This document shows positions 1 to 8,737 of a DNA stretch of 64,000 bases, one piece after another. Made by a program: the position numbers and the translations under genes. The notes below the pieces were generated by a model. The model ran no database searches. It saw only the letters and a list, made by a program, of their open reading frames with translations, and was not told where the DNA came from. This DNA comes from a virus. Its lineage: Duplodnaviria; Heunggongvirae; Uroviricota; Caudoviricetes. Every line of letters starts with the position of its first letter. Positions within the stretch are counted from its first letter, which is position 1. The stretch lies in the IMG/VR virus record IMGVR_UViG_3300035180_000678. One strand, given 5' to 3'.

Positions 1-13
1 TGGCGAGAAGGAA

Positions 14-733
14 GTGCCGCGTCACGACGCGCCGAAGCCCCCGAGCAACAGCATGTGGGTCCACGCGCTGCAAGACGCGGGCGGCTTCCACCGTGACGCG
101 CTGCAACTCGAACTCGCGGTCGGCCTCTCCCTGTTCGCCTCGAAGGCGGACGCGGCGAAGGCCACTCTCGAAGCGAAGAAGGCGCTGCGCGAGGTGTACG
201 CGGAAGCGGGCTACGCCTGTGCCACTCCGCAGGGTGCCGACTACAAGACGGTCATGCGCCGGATCAACGTGTCGGCCGACCTCTACCAGTACCTCGGTGG
301 TCGCGAGACGGTCACCGACTGGGTGGAGGACGCGCAACCCCGCGTGCAGATCGCCCGCATCGTGGAGAAGCTGAAGGAGTTCAACTTCGACGGCATCAAC
401 TCCGTGCTGGCGCACATGGGCAAGGCCGTGGCCGTCAAGCGTCCGCGTGAAGGCACCACGGAGCCCAGCGGCGTCGCGAGCGGCGGGACGGGCACCACGG
501 CCCAGCCGTCCGAGAAGGACAAGATGGTGATGGCCTACGTGCAGGAGCGTCTGAAGGAGGAAGCCAGCCTTCCTCCGGAGCGCGTCTTCAACCACGGCAA
601 GGTCCACTGCGCGATCCCCGTCGATGCCACCTACGACGACGTGATGGCGATGGTCGCGGACCTCACCATCTTCGCGGCAACGAAGCTGAAGGTGGCGACT
701 CCGGTTGCTGCCCCGGCAGCCGTCACGGCCTGA
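14..733 (+). CDS. hypothetical phage protein (GTG start)
   Basis: 239-aa ORF with a GAGAAGGAA SD upstream of a GTG start. Followed by a hairpin terminator at ~753-776. No recognizable motifs. Confidence 0.5.
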   Translation: MPRHDAPKPPSNSMWVHALQDAGGFHRDALQLELAVGLSLFASKADAAKATLEAKKALREVYAEAGYACATPQGADYKTVMRRINVSADLYQYLGGRETVTDWVEDAQPRVQIARIVEKLKEFNFDGINSVLAHMGKAVAVKRPREGTTEPSGVASGGTGTTAQPSEKDKMVMAYVQERLKEEASLPPERVFNHGKVHCAIPVDATYDDVMAMVADLTIFAATKLKVATPVAAPAAVTA

Positions 734-752
734 GCAATCATGCCAAGAGGAC

Positions 753-776
753 AAGGCCCCTTCGGGGGCCTGTCCC
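753..776 (+). terminator. rho-independent terminator
   Basis: GGCCCCTTCGGGGGCC perfect GC hairpin followed by a T-rich tract (ctatttctg). Confidence 0.6.
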
Positions 777-795
777 TATTTCTGAAAGCCAAAAT

Positions 796-1356
796 TTGAA
801 AAAAATTGTGAAGTCGATTTTGGTGTTTTGCGTTTTTGCCTTTTTCCTAGCCAAAATCGAAGACCCAGCACCACCCCCTCCACCTCCACCCGATCCCTGT
901 CTAGTCTCTGCTGTCTACCGAGAGGCCCGAGGGGAGAGCATCGAAGGCCAGAGAGCCGTGCTCGATGTCATCTACAACAGGGCAGATGCCACAGGTAAGA
1001 CAGCTTGTCAAGTGATCGCCGAGCCTCACCAGTTCCAGTGGGTGCATTGGAAGAAGAGCGGACTTGTGGAGCTTGACGAGGACAAGGTTGCGTTGTACAA
1101 TGCAGCCTCCCAACATCCCCGCGTTCTCAACAATGAGAAGTTCTTCTTCAGCATCAAGCTGAAGCCGACGTGGGCCAAACACATGCTCTGCCACAAGATA
1201 GGCGGGCACAGCTTCTGCAAGGAGAAACCATCATCCTCACCATCGAAGGCAAGCACGGCGTCAAGGCCACCATCCTCAAGGACAGCCTCGCACGCAACGG
1301 CTCCCGGTTCATCAGCTATGAACTGGAGTACCCCCGCATCATCCTCGCTGAACTGA
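796..1356 (+). CDS. secreted SleB-like cell-wall hydrolase (Hydrolase_2 family) with N-terminal signal/TM and a proline run
   Basis: N-terminal hydrophobic segment then PPPPPPPP linker. Motifs AVYREARGE...VIYNR...HQFQW...IGGHSFC match the SleB / cell wall hydrolase domain. The 3' ~40 codons overlap the next gene and may be spurious read-through. Confidence 0.55.
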   Translation: MKKIVKSILVFCVFAFFLAKIEDPAPPPPPPPDPCLVSAVYREARGESIEGQRAVLDVIYNRADATGKTACQVIAEPHQFQWVHWKKSGLVELDEDKVALYNAASQHPRVLNNEKFFFSIKLKPTWAKHMLCHKIGGHSFCKEKPSSSPSKASTASRPPSSRTASHATAPGSSAMNWSTPASSSLN

Positions 1357-2249
1357 ACACCCATCGGGCCGACTCCAAGAGCAGTGCATCGAGCCGGGCG
1401 ATTCCGTTCGCCAAGATGGTGCAGCAACTCACCGGCCGCCCGATCCGTTTCGGGGAAGCCAACAAGGGAATGCAGGACAAGGGCGAGGATTTCGATGGCC
1501 TCGTGGACATCGGTCCGGCTCTCGGCTTCGCTCATGCGTTCCCCGTGACCCCGGAACAAGCGTGGGAACTCGCCAAGAACAGCGCCATGCTCTACTCCAA
1601 GGGCTTCGCCGACGCGGGCTTCCACAAACAGGTGTACAACCGCCTGACGGAAGCCTTCCAGATGATGAAGACCATCTTCTCGGGCACCGAACTGGAGAAC
1701 TTCTTCTGGCTCCGCCACCACGAGGCAGCGGACCCGTCGCTGGCTGAACTGGCTCGCGTGATGTACGAGGCTCGCGAGCAATCAATGCCGCAGGTTCTCA
1801 ACCCGGGGGAGTGGCATCTGCCCTACGTGGAGAACGTCCGTGTCAATGGCGGGATGCGGTACTTCATCACCGAGGAAGCCGAAGACGGCACCTCCTACCC
1901 CGTCTGGCTCGACGTGGAGACTGCACGCAAGGTGAGCGCCGCTCGTTCTGCTGCCGTGTCCTTCCGCAACGTGGACTACGGTGTCGCGAAATGCGAGGAA
2001 GTGTTCCAACGTCTCGTCGGCGATGACCGCAAGCACGCTTCGGCGTTCGAGCACCAAGGGACTCCGATGCAAGCTCGACAGAGCGGCAATGAGGACGACA
2101 ACGAGCCCACCATCAACGAGCCGATGTTCCCCCGTTCGTGGGAGCCCGGCGTGTCGCACATGGATCGCGACGGCAACTTCTGGTCTGGCAACCTGAAAGG
2201 GTTTGTTCAATTCCGCAAGCTGATCCCCGGCGAAAACTACACTGGCTGA
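1170..2249 (+). CDS. ThyX-like flavin-dependent thymidylate synthase homolog (divergent motif)
   Basis: 359 aa. Contains THR-ADSKSSA-S-S-R, i.e. the ThyX signature RHR-x7-S-x-R with the first R replaced by T, preceded by an F..EL..P..hh.EL context as in ThyX. Longer than canonical ThyX. Confidence 0.5.
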   Translation: MGQTHALPQDRRAQLLQGETIILTIEGKHGVKATILKDSLARNGSRFISYELEYPRIILAELNTHRADSKSSASSRAIPFAKMVQQLTGRPIRFGEANKGMQDKGEDFDGLVDIGPALGFAHAFPVTPEQAWELAKNSAMLYSKGFADAGFHKQVYNRLTEAFQMMKTIFSGTELENFFWLRHHEAADPSLAELARVMYEAREQSMPQVLNPGEWHLPYVENVRVNGGMRYFITEEAEDGTSYPVWLDVETARKVSAARSAAVSFRNVDYGVAKCEEVFQRLVGDDRKHASAFEHQGTPMQARQSGNEDDNEPTINEPMFPRSWEPGVSHMDRDGNFWSGNLKGFVQFRKLIPGENYTG

Positions 2250-2266
2250 AAGGACTTGACACTCTC

Positions 2267-2440
2267 ATGAAGAACGCGCTAACATTCGTCATCGTTTGGT
2301 TGCTGGTGACCGCTGCCTACCAAGGCTACAAACACGCCACCCGCGCCGAACGCAAGTCGATCTGGAAAGCCATTGCAGTCGGGGCCTTGACGGCAACCGT
2401 CGCAACGATTACACTGGCAGTCATCGTCGCCCTGTTCTGA
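2267..2440 (+). CDS. small membrane protein (2 predicted TM helices)
   Basis: Internal ATG at 2267 with a GAAAGGA SD. The product MKNALTFVIVWLLVTAAY...ITLAVIVALF is strongly hydrophobic. Confidence 0.4.
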   Translation: MKNALTFVIVWLLVTAAYQGYKHATRAERKSIWKAIAVGALTATVATITLAVIVALF

Positions 2441-2463
2441 ACCAACACAAGGAGAACCACCAC

Positions 2464-2652
2464 ATGCAAGACATCCTGAACGCCTACGCCGACGCCTTCA
2501 CCCGCTGCTACCCCACCTACACCGTGGGCTTCCAGAAGGCGAAGAGCCGCGAGGGCAAGCCCGTGTTCAACGTGGTCCTGAACGGCGACAAGGGCAACCG
2601 TCCGATGACGCTGGACGAAATCCGCGAAGCCGCCGCCGCCCTGAGCCGCTGA
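2464..2652 (+). CDS. hypothetical protein
   Basis: AAGGAGAA SD 7 nt upstream of ATG. 62 aa. Confidence 0.45.
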   Translation: MQDILNAYADAFTRCYPTYTVGFQKAKSREGKPVFNVVLNGDKGNRPMTLDEIREAAAALSR

Positions 2653-2840
2653 TGGACAACTACGCGATCATCGAGTCACCCAACCTCGCGGGGTTACAGA
2701 AGCAAGTGGACTTGATGATTGACGAAGGCTTCCTGCCTCAAGGTGGTGTCGGCGTCAACAACTACTACGAAGGCACGGTGCGATTCGTTCAAGCCATGCT
2801 GCGTCACCCTCTCATCCCTAAGGAGAACCAACCCTCATGA
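2652..2840 (+). CDS. hypothetical protein
   Basis: ATGA start/stop overlap with the upstream gene. 62 aa. Confidence 0.45.
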   Translation: MDNYAIIESPNLAGLQKQVDLMIDEGFLPQGGVGVNNYYEGTVRFVQAMLRHPLIPKENQPS

Positions 2841-3673
2841 ATCCGATCCGATCTTTCGTCAACTCCCGCATCCTCAACATCCTGTGCATCGCCCTGATGG
2901 CGGGCGTGCTGGCCTGCGCCTCGGGCTGTGCCCGCATCGCCACGGGTGAAGTCGGCCTCCGCGTGGACGTGAACAACCAGACGCTGCCCGGCGAACTGAT
3001 GCCCGGCTCGTGGAACCAGACCCTCGTCGGTCACGTGCTCGAATTCCCGGTGCGTGACGTTCCCCTCGTCATCAACAACGCCCACCCGATCACCAAGGAC
3101 AACACCGCGCTCGACGAGTTCGACCTGACGGCTGCCTACTCGATCAACCAAGCGTGCGTCTTCGACCTCTGGACCAAAAAGTCCCGCACGTTCCACGGCT
3201 CTTCCGAGTCGGGTGAATGGCTCCTGATGCAGAGCTTCGTGCAGAACACGCTGAACTCCGCCGCCTACAAGGCCGTCCGCTCCTACGATGCCCTCGTGGT
3301 CAACGACAATCGTGACCAGATCGGCGCACAGGTCCACGAACTCGCCAAGGAAGTCTTCAAGGAGAACGGTTTGGAGACGTGCCTGAGCATCAACAGTGTG
3401 CAGGTCAAGACGGCCAAGCCTGCCGAGATGATCCTTCAGAGCGCCCGCCTCGTCGTCACCAAGGCCAACGAACTGAAGGCCAAGGAAGCTGAAGTCGCCA
3501 TCGCCGAAGCCGAAGCACATCGCCTGTCCGCCCTGTCGCAGAACACCGGCAACATGGCCCTGATGCAATTGGAGAACCAGAAGCTCATCGCCCAAGCCAT
3601 CCACGAGGGCAAGGTGCAGACCATCGTCCTGCCGATGGACTTCAAGGGCATGGTCAACTTGGGCGGCAAGTGA
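2837..3673 (+). CDS. SPFH/band-7 (stomatin/prohibitin-like) domain lipoprotein
   Basis: Signal peptide with lipobox LACASGC. The central region and Ala/Glu-rich coiled-coil tail (AKEAEVAIAEAEAHRL) are typical of SPFH/HflC-like proteins. Confidence 0.6.
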   Translation: MNPIRSFVNSRILNILCIALMAGVLACASGCARIATGEVGLRVDVNNQTLPGELMPGSWNQTLVGHVLEFPVRDVPLVINNAHPITKDNTALDEFDLTAAYSINQACVFDLWTKKSRTFHGSSESGEWLLMQSFVQNTLNSAAYKAVRSYDALVVNDNRDQIGAQVHELAKEVFKENGLETCLSINSVQVKTAKPAEMILQSARLVVTKANELKAKEAEVAIAEAEAHRLSALSQNTGNMALMQLENQKLIAQAIHEGKVQTIVLPMDFKGMVNLGGK

Positions 3674-3936
3674 GCTACAAGACGCACAGCACGGAAGCCG
3701 CCATCACGGCGGTTTTTCCCAAGCCGGTCATCCCGGAAGCCAAGGAGAGTCACTGGCTGACGCCCCGTAGTGGGCGCATCGTCGCCTTGTCTCCTGCCAC
3801 CCGGGCGGACTGCGGTTACACAAGGGCGAATGTCAACATCAGCGGTCCGGTGGACAAGTATGACGCGAGTCAGATCGCCGAATACTTCGCTGCCCTCAGC
3901 CTCGCCCTCCATGAACAAGACGGAACCACTCCCTGA
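3670..3936 (+). CDS. hypothetical protein (GTG start)
   Basis: GTGA overlap with the upstream SPFH gene. 88 aa. Confidence 0.35.
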   Translation: MSYKTHSTEAAITAVFPKPVIPEAKESHWLTPRSGRIVALSPATRADCGYTRANVNISGPVDKYDASQIAEYFAALSLALHEQDGTTP

Positions 3937-3945
3937 AAGGAATCC

Positions 3946-4248
3946 ATGAGCGCCCCGAAAAGCATCCGCCATCTCCAGAGCCGCATCGACCGTCGCGGCA
4001 ACTTCATCGCCGAACTGGAACTCCGTGCCAGCTACTTCTCCATCCGTGCCATGACCAGCAAGCACGCCAAGTACACGCTGTGGGCTTTGCGTGATGAAAT
4101 CAAGGAACTGGCGAAGGAGCAGCGCGAGGACCGGCAAGCCATGAAGGTGCTACACGCATCGGTCAACGTGACCCGTCAACACGCCAAGCTTCTCGGCAAG
4201 CTCATCCAAAGTATCGGCTGGGCTGCCACTGCTGAACTGCTGCGCTGA
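3946..4248 (+). CDS. hypothetical protein
   Basis: 100-aa ORF with a GAAAGGAA SD. Confidence 0.4.
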   Translation: MSAPKSIRHLQSRIDRRGNFIAELELRASYFSIRAMTSKHAKYTLWALRDEIKELAKEQREDRQAMKVLHASVNVTRQHAKLLGKLIQSIGWAATAELLR

Positions 4249-6044
4249 TGTCACCAGCCGAGAAATACGGCCTCGACCTCAGCTACGAACACAAGACCGC
4301 TTGCCCGCGTTGCCGTCGAAAAGGACGAGACAATGCGGGCAACAACCTCCACGTGTACGGCTCTGGACAAGGAGCCTATTGTTGGTCTTGCAACTTCACA
4401 ATCCCCTCTGACGAGCACATGGAGAAGATGGGATGGAACGAAGAAGAGGAAGACGAGGATGAAGAAGTGACTACCCGAGAACCCCTGACACAAGAACAAC
4501 ACGACGAAATCAAAAGCTACACGGGCCTGAAGGGTTACGGCTACCGTGGCATCCGGGATGAGACGAGCCGCTATTTCGGCGTTCGTTACCAGTACGACGA
4601 AGAGACTGGCAAGCCCATCAAGCAATTCGTCCCAACGACGGTAGACGGCAACATCGTCGGCTACCGTACTCGCGTTTTCCCCAAGGACTTTTCCAACCCC
4701 ATCGGTGTCGTGGGTAAGGAATGTGACATGATCGGCCAGTTCCGATTCAAGTCGGCCCGACGTGACTGCATCATCGTCGGCGGGGAGACGAAGCTTCTGA
4801 ACACGTACCAGATGCTCAAGGACTACAACGAGCAGCGAGGCAAGGACTACGATCCGCCTGCCGTGGTATGCTCCACTCTCGGGGAGTCCGGGGCGTGGAA
4901 GCAAGTCCAAGCGCAGTACGAGTTCTTCAACCAGTTCGAGCGTGTCATCGTCTGCATGGACCAAGACGAAGCCGGACACGAAGCCACTGAGAAAATCTGC
5001 AAGGTGTTGCCCAAGGGCAAGGCCCACGTCATGACCATGCGGTACAAGGACGCGGATGACTACGTGGTAGACAAGAGCGGTGCGCCTCTTGGCAGGGAGA
5101 AGGAGTTCATCAACGACTACTGGGGCTCGAAGCCCTATACGCCTGCGGGCATCGTTGGCTCCGGTGACCTGTCTGCACGGATGCGTTTGGAAGTGTCGGT
5201 CCCGAAGGTCACGTTCCCTGTGTTCATGCGTGAGGCGAACGAGATGACGGCCGGGGGCATGACCCTCAGCAGTATCGTCAACATCGGTGCAGCGTCGGGC
5301 CTCGGCAAGACGACGTGGGTGGATGAAATCGTCGAGCATCTGGCATTCAACAGCCCTCACCTCGTTGGTGTGGTGTCGATGGAAGCCACGGCTGGGCAGT
5401 ATGGCATCTCGATGTTGTCTCGGTACATCCGCTACAACATCAACAGCATCCAAGACCCTGCCGAGAAGCAGAAGTTTCTCGAACAGGACTGGGTGAAGGC
5501 GAAGGAAAAGGAACTGTTCTTCCGTGAGGATGGCAGTCACCGCTTCTACTTGGTGGACGACCGTGACGGAACGCTTGACGACCTCAAGGCTGTTGTGGAA
5601 CAATTGGTCGTTCAATGTAACGTCAAGGTGATCGTCCTCGACCCGCTGCAAGACATCCTCGATGGTTTGTCCATCGACGAGCAAGCGGTCTTCCTGAAGT
5701 GGCAGAAGAGTCTCAACAAGAGCCACGGGGTGTTGTTCATCAACATCAACCACGTCCGGAAGTCACAAGGTGGTGGACAGCAGAACAGCAGCGGTGCTAT
5801 GATTTCGGAAGAGGACTTTCAAGGTTCCTCCACGATCTTCAAGAGTGCTTCGCTGAACATCTTGCTGGTGCGTGACAAGATGGCAGAAGACCCCATCGAG
5901 CGCAACACCACCAAGGCTTACATCTCGAAGAATCGTATGAATGGTATCACCGGCCCGGCTGGGGAATACTACTACGAGAACAGCGAGAAGAAGATGTACC
6001 ACAAAGCCGACTGGATGGCCCAGCACGGTCCGAAAGACTTCTGA
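4248..6044 (+). CDS. T7 gp4-like bifunctional DNA primase/helicase
   Basis: N-terminal Zn ribbon CPRC...CWSC, TOPRIM acidic motif VIVCMDQDEAGHEA, DnaB/RecA-like Walker A GAASGLGKTT and Walker B VIVLDPLQ. 598 aa. Confidence 0.85.
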   Translation: MSPAEKYGLDLSYEHKTACPRCRRKGRDNAGNNLHVYGSGQGAYCWSCNFTIPSDEHMEKMGWNEEEEDEDEEVTTREPLTQEQHDEIKSYTGLKGYGYRGIRDETSRYFGVRYQYDEETGKPIKQFVPTTVDGNIVGYRTRVFPKDFSNPIGVVGKECDMIGQFRFKSARRDCIIVGGETKLLNTYQMLKDYNEQRGKDYDPPAVVCSTLGESGAWKQVQAQYEFFNQFERVIVCMDQDEAGHEATEKICKVLPKGKAHVMTMRYKDADDYVVDKSGAPLGREKEFINDYWGSKPYTPAGIVGSGDLSARMRLEVSVPKVTFPVFMREANEMTAGGMTLSSIVNIGAASGLGKTTWVDEIVEHLAFNSPHLVGVVSMEATAGQYGISMLSRYIRYNINSIQDPAEKQKFLEQDWVKAKEKELFFREDGSHRFYLVDDRDGTLDDLKAVVEQLVVQCNVKVIVLDPLQDILDGLSIDEQAVFLKWQKSLNKSHGVLFININHVRKSQGGGQQNSSGAMISEEDFQGSSTIFKSASLNILLVRDKMAEDPIERNTTKAYISKNRMNGITGPAGEYYYENSEKKMYHKADWMAQHGPKDF

Positions 6045-6053
6045 AAGGAGAAC

Positions 6054-6266
6054 ATGAGCACGCAACAAGAACTGAACCAGAAGATGTCCGCCCTCGTGGA
6101 TGCCATCAACACGGCTGTGGCGGAGGCGGAAGCCTTCGCTGACGAGCACGGTCTGGAATTCACCCTCGACATCGCCTACGGCATGGGCGGCACCTACGTC
6201 AGCGAGAAGGCTGCCGAAGGCTGGTCCTTTTCGGCTGGCTGGATGCCTTCGTCGCAGTCCTGCTAA
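6054..6266 (+). CDS. small hypothetical protein, C-terminal GWMPSSQSC
   Basis: 70-aa ORF with a GAAAGGAGAA SD. First of three tandem small genes sharing a W-x-SS-x-C C-terminus. Confidence 0.4.
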   Translation: MSTQQELNQKMSALVDAINTAVAEAEAFADEHGLEFTLDIAYGMGGTYVSEKAAEGWSFSAGWMPSSQSC

Positions 6267-6275
6267 GGGGCCAGC

Positions 6276-6455
6276 ATGGAAGACACCGAACACCAAACCC
6301 CGTGGCCCTTTCCTCCTGATGATATGGTTGTCGGGGCGAGGGTGAACGGTCAAATCCAACGCTTCAACATCGAAACACGAGACTGGACCGTAGCCTACCA
6401 TACGGTCAAGGACAACGTGGAGGGCGCGAAGCCCATCCTCGTTCGCGTCAAGTAG
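6276..6455 (+). CDS. small hypothetical protein (59 aa)
   Basis: Open frame MEDTEHQTPWPFPPDDMVVGARVNGQIQRFNIETRDWTVAYHTVKDNVEGAKPILVRVK with an AAGGGG SD. Below the ORF-track cutoff. Confidence 0.25.
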   Translation: MEDTEHQTPWPFPPDDMVVGARVNGQIQRFNIETRDWTVAYHTVKDNVEGAKPILVRVK

Positions 6456-6491
6456 GGCTACAGCCCACAACCTCAAGGAGAAAGAAACCAA

Positions 6492-6728
6492 ATGACCATC
6501 GTACTGAACGGTGTCCCGCTGTCGGACATCGCCGCCTCCACTGCCGTCACCACGCGTGCAGCCATCGAGGCCATCGCCGAACGTGTTCAACTCATCAAGA
6601 GCACGCTCGACGAAATCAACCAGATTTCCCGCGCCACGGGTGCCCCGGCTGACCTCGCCTCCCTCCGCTGGGACATCGAGAGCGCCGACACGGTGACGGA
6701 CTGGAACTCGTCTTCCGCCTACTGCTGA
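6492..6728 (+). CDS. small hypothetical protein, C-terminal TDWNSSSAYC
   Basis: 78 aa with an AAGGAGAAAGAAA SD. Paralogous C-terminus to the next gene. Confidence 0.4.
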   Translation: MTIVLNGVPLSDIAASTAVTTRAAIEAIAERVQLIKSTLDEINQISRATGAPADLASLRWDIESADTVTDWNSSSAYC

Positions 6729-6730
6729 AC

Positions 6731-7159
6731 ATGACCAACGACATCGTCATCGGCGGCATCTCGATTGCCACCCTCCGCGCCCAACAGGCAGCGATCCGCA
6801 AGGATGCCGTCACGTTCGTGGCCCAAGCCATCAGTTCCGGACGCGAAGCGTTCGACCGACTGAAGGAAGCCTCCAGCGTGAGCGAGGCGGAAGCCCTCGC
6901 CAACGAAGCGGCGGAGCATTTCGAGAACGCTCAACTCGTGGCGGGCGTGGCGAACATCACGTTCAGCCTCCCGTACTACGAGGAATACGGTCCCTACGAG
7001 TCGGAAGACATCATCTCCCACGCCCTCGACAACATCGAGAACGAGAATGTCACGGCCCTCGGTTCCTACTGGCGCAGCGAGAACGCTCTCGGTCGCCTGT
7101 ACAATGTCGTCAGCGACATGGAATCGTCCGCCCGCGACTGGAACTCATCGCGCTGCTAA
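6731..7159 (+). CDS. hypothetical protein, C-terminal RDWNSSRC
   Basis: 142 aa. The 3' end DNA gactggaactcatc is nearly identical to gactggaactcgtc at the 3' end of the preceding gene. Confidence 0.4.
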   Translation: MTNDIVIGGISIATLRAQQAAIRKDAVTFVAQAISSGREAFDRLKEASSVSEAEALANEAAEHFENAQLVAGVANITFSLPYYEEYGPYESEDIISHALDNIENENVTALGSYWRSENALGRLYNVVSDMESSARDWNSSRC

Positions 7160-7180
7160 ACCATTGAAGGAGAACACCGA

Positions 7181-8101
7181 ATGCTTATGATTGGCTCGAC
7201 TGCCATTGCTCACCATCTCGACCGAGAGCCTGCTGACCTTGACTTGGTCGGCACCTACGACGAGGCAGTTGCCTTTCGCAAAGTGTTCGGTGCCGTCTCC
7301 TTCTACCCCATCAACGACGGGAACAGCATCTTCATGCGCCGGGCATCGGGCCTCATCTGCGAAGTCGAAATCGCGTGGCCCGATTCCCGTGCCGAGCGTC
7401 TGCTGGCGTTCGTGAAGGAACACCCGGAGTCCGTCTACTCGTCAGGCTGGGCTGGAGTTCCGATGGACGCTGCCCGGAAGGATTTGGTGTACACCCTCAA
7501 GATGTCGCACCGCTTCCTGAAGAACAGCCCGCATTTCTGGAAGACGATGGCGGACATTCGTCTGCTGCGTGAGATGAACTGCACCATCCCGGAAGAGTGG
7601 ATGGAGTTCTATCGTCAGCGTGAGGTGGACACCTACACGTACAAGCACCCGAACCTCTCCGTGGGCAAGGGTGAGTTCTTCGACGCAACGATGACGGGCG
7701 TGATCCAGAAGTACGACCACGACACTGTGCATGAAGCCGTGGCGGTCTTCGACCGTCCCGCCTACACCTACTACCTTGACGGGCCGGTCAAGTGCAGCCG
7801 GGAACTGTTCGAGGCGCAGCCTGAAGCCATCCGCCTTGCTGGGGTGGTGGAAGAGGCAATGGTGCTGGCTCTCGAACGATCCCTCATCCCGTTTCCCGGT
7901 GGCAAGACGCCCGAAGAGGCGTTCCGTTTCGCTCTGATGAAGGTCTGCACCTCGATCACGAGCGGTTGGTTCCGGGACTACGCGTGGGAAAAGCACGACG
8001 CAGCCCTCAACTTTTTCCTTGAAAGTCAGCGTCTCCAGTGCTACACTGAACGCTTCAACGCCGCTCTGGAGGCTGGCGTGGTCAAGCTCAAGCAAGACTG
8101 A
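7181..8101 (+). CDS. nucleotidyltransferase-fold (Pol-beta superfamily) protein, function unknown
   Basis: N-terminal IGSTAIAHHLDREPADLDLVG matches the minimal NTase hG[GS]...D-h-D-h signature. 306 aa with a large C-terminal domain. Confidence 0.45.
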   Translation: MLMIGSTAIAHHLDREPADLDLVGTYDEAVAFRKVFGAVSFYPINDGNSIFMRRASGLICEVEIAWPDSRAERLLAFVKEHPESVYSSGWAGVPMDAARKDLVYTLKMSHRFLKNSPHFWKTMADIRLLREMNCTIPEEWMEFYRQREVDTYTYKHPNLSVGKGEFFDATMTGVIQKYDHDTVHEAVAVFDRPAYTYYLDGPVKCSRELFEAQPEAIRLAGVVEEAMVLALERSLIPFPGGKTPEEAFRFALMKVCTSITSGWFRDYAWEKHDAALNFFLESQRLQCYTERFNAALEAGVVKLKQD

Positions 8102-8117
8102 AAGACTCCCAACCTTA

Positions 8118-8564
8118 ATGAAAGGAACCCACCCCTTGCGCGATTTCTTCTTCGGCTCCCTGACGCGTGTCATCATCACCGTCCTGCTGTCCATCCTGCT
8201 GTTCGCTCTCGTCCTCAACGCGTGCTCGCCCGCCCCGCAATACGCCCCGCCCGTGGCGCAAGTGCAGCAAGGCCCGGTCGTCGCGGGTCAAGCCCCCGTG
8301 ATCGTCCAACAAGCCCCGCAACACGACGGCTTCATGTCGGGCTTCATGATGGGCCACCTCTTCAGCGGCGGCTATGGCTACCGTGCCCCGGTCGTCGTCC
8401 AACACACGATCATCGCTCCCACCGTGGTCCGTCCGACCTACGTGGCCCCGCGTGCCATCGTGCCGAGCTACACGCCCCGCCCCTCTGCGTGGACTAGCAC
8501 CAACAGCCGTGGCATCTCGACCACGACCAGCCGCTCGTCCATCTCGGTCGGTCGTCGCCGCTGA
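8118..8564 (+). CDS. Pro/Gly/Val-rich lipoprotein or membrane protein
   Basis: ATG at 8118. Hydrophobic N-terminus ending in lipobox-like LNAC, then a low-complexity Q/P/V-rich region. Confidence 0.45.
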   Translation: MKGTHPLRDFFFGSLTRVIITVLLSILLFALVLNACSPAPQYAPPVAQVQQGPVVAGQAPVIVQQAPQHDGFMSGFMMGHLFSGGYGYRAPVVVQHTIIAPTVVRPTYVAPRAIVPSYTPRPSAWTSTNSRGISTTTSRSSISVGRRR

Positions 8565-8566
8565 CG

Positions 8567-8737
8567 CATGAAGGCCCACCCTCACGCATTCACGGTGAAG
8601 CTGGGCCACCGTAAGGCTCCCTTGCCGTGGCTCTACTGCGCCAAGTGCGGGCTTCTCAGACTGAACAACGAAGCGTCCCGTAGGGCAGCCAATAGAGCTT
8701 GCCCCGGGACCGAAGAGGAAAGGAAACAAACCCCATG
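8567..8737 (+). CDS. small Cys-containing protein (56 aa, possible Zn ribbon)
   Basis: MKAHPHAFTVKLGHRKAPLPWLYCAKCGLLRLNN...ACPG. ATGA overlap with the next gene start. Below the ORF-track cutoff. Confidence 0.25.

Noticed and set aside
4251-5753. 500-aa minus-strand ORF
   Set aside because: Antisense to the primase-helicase gene.
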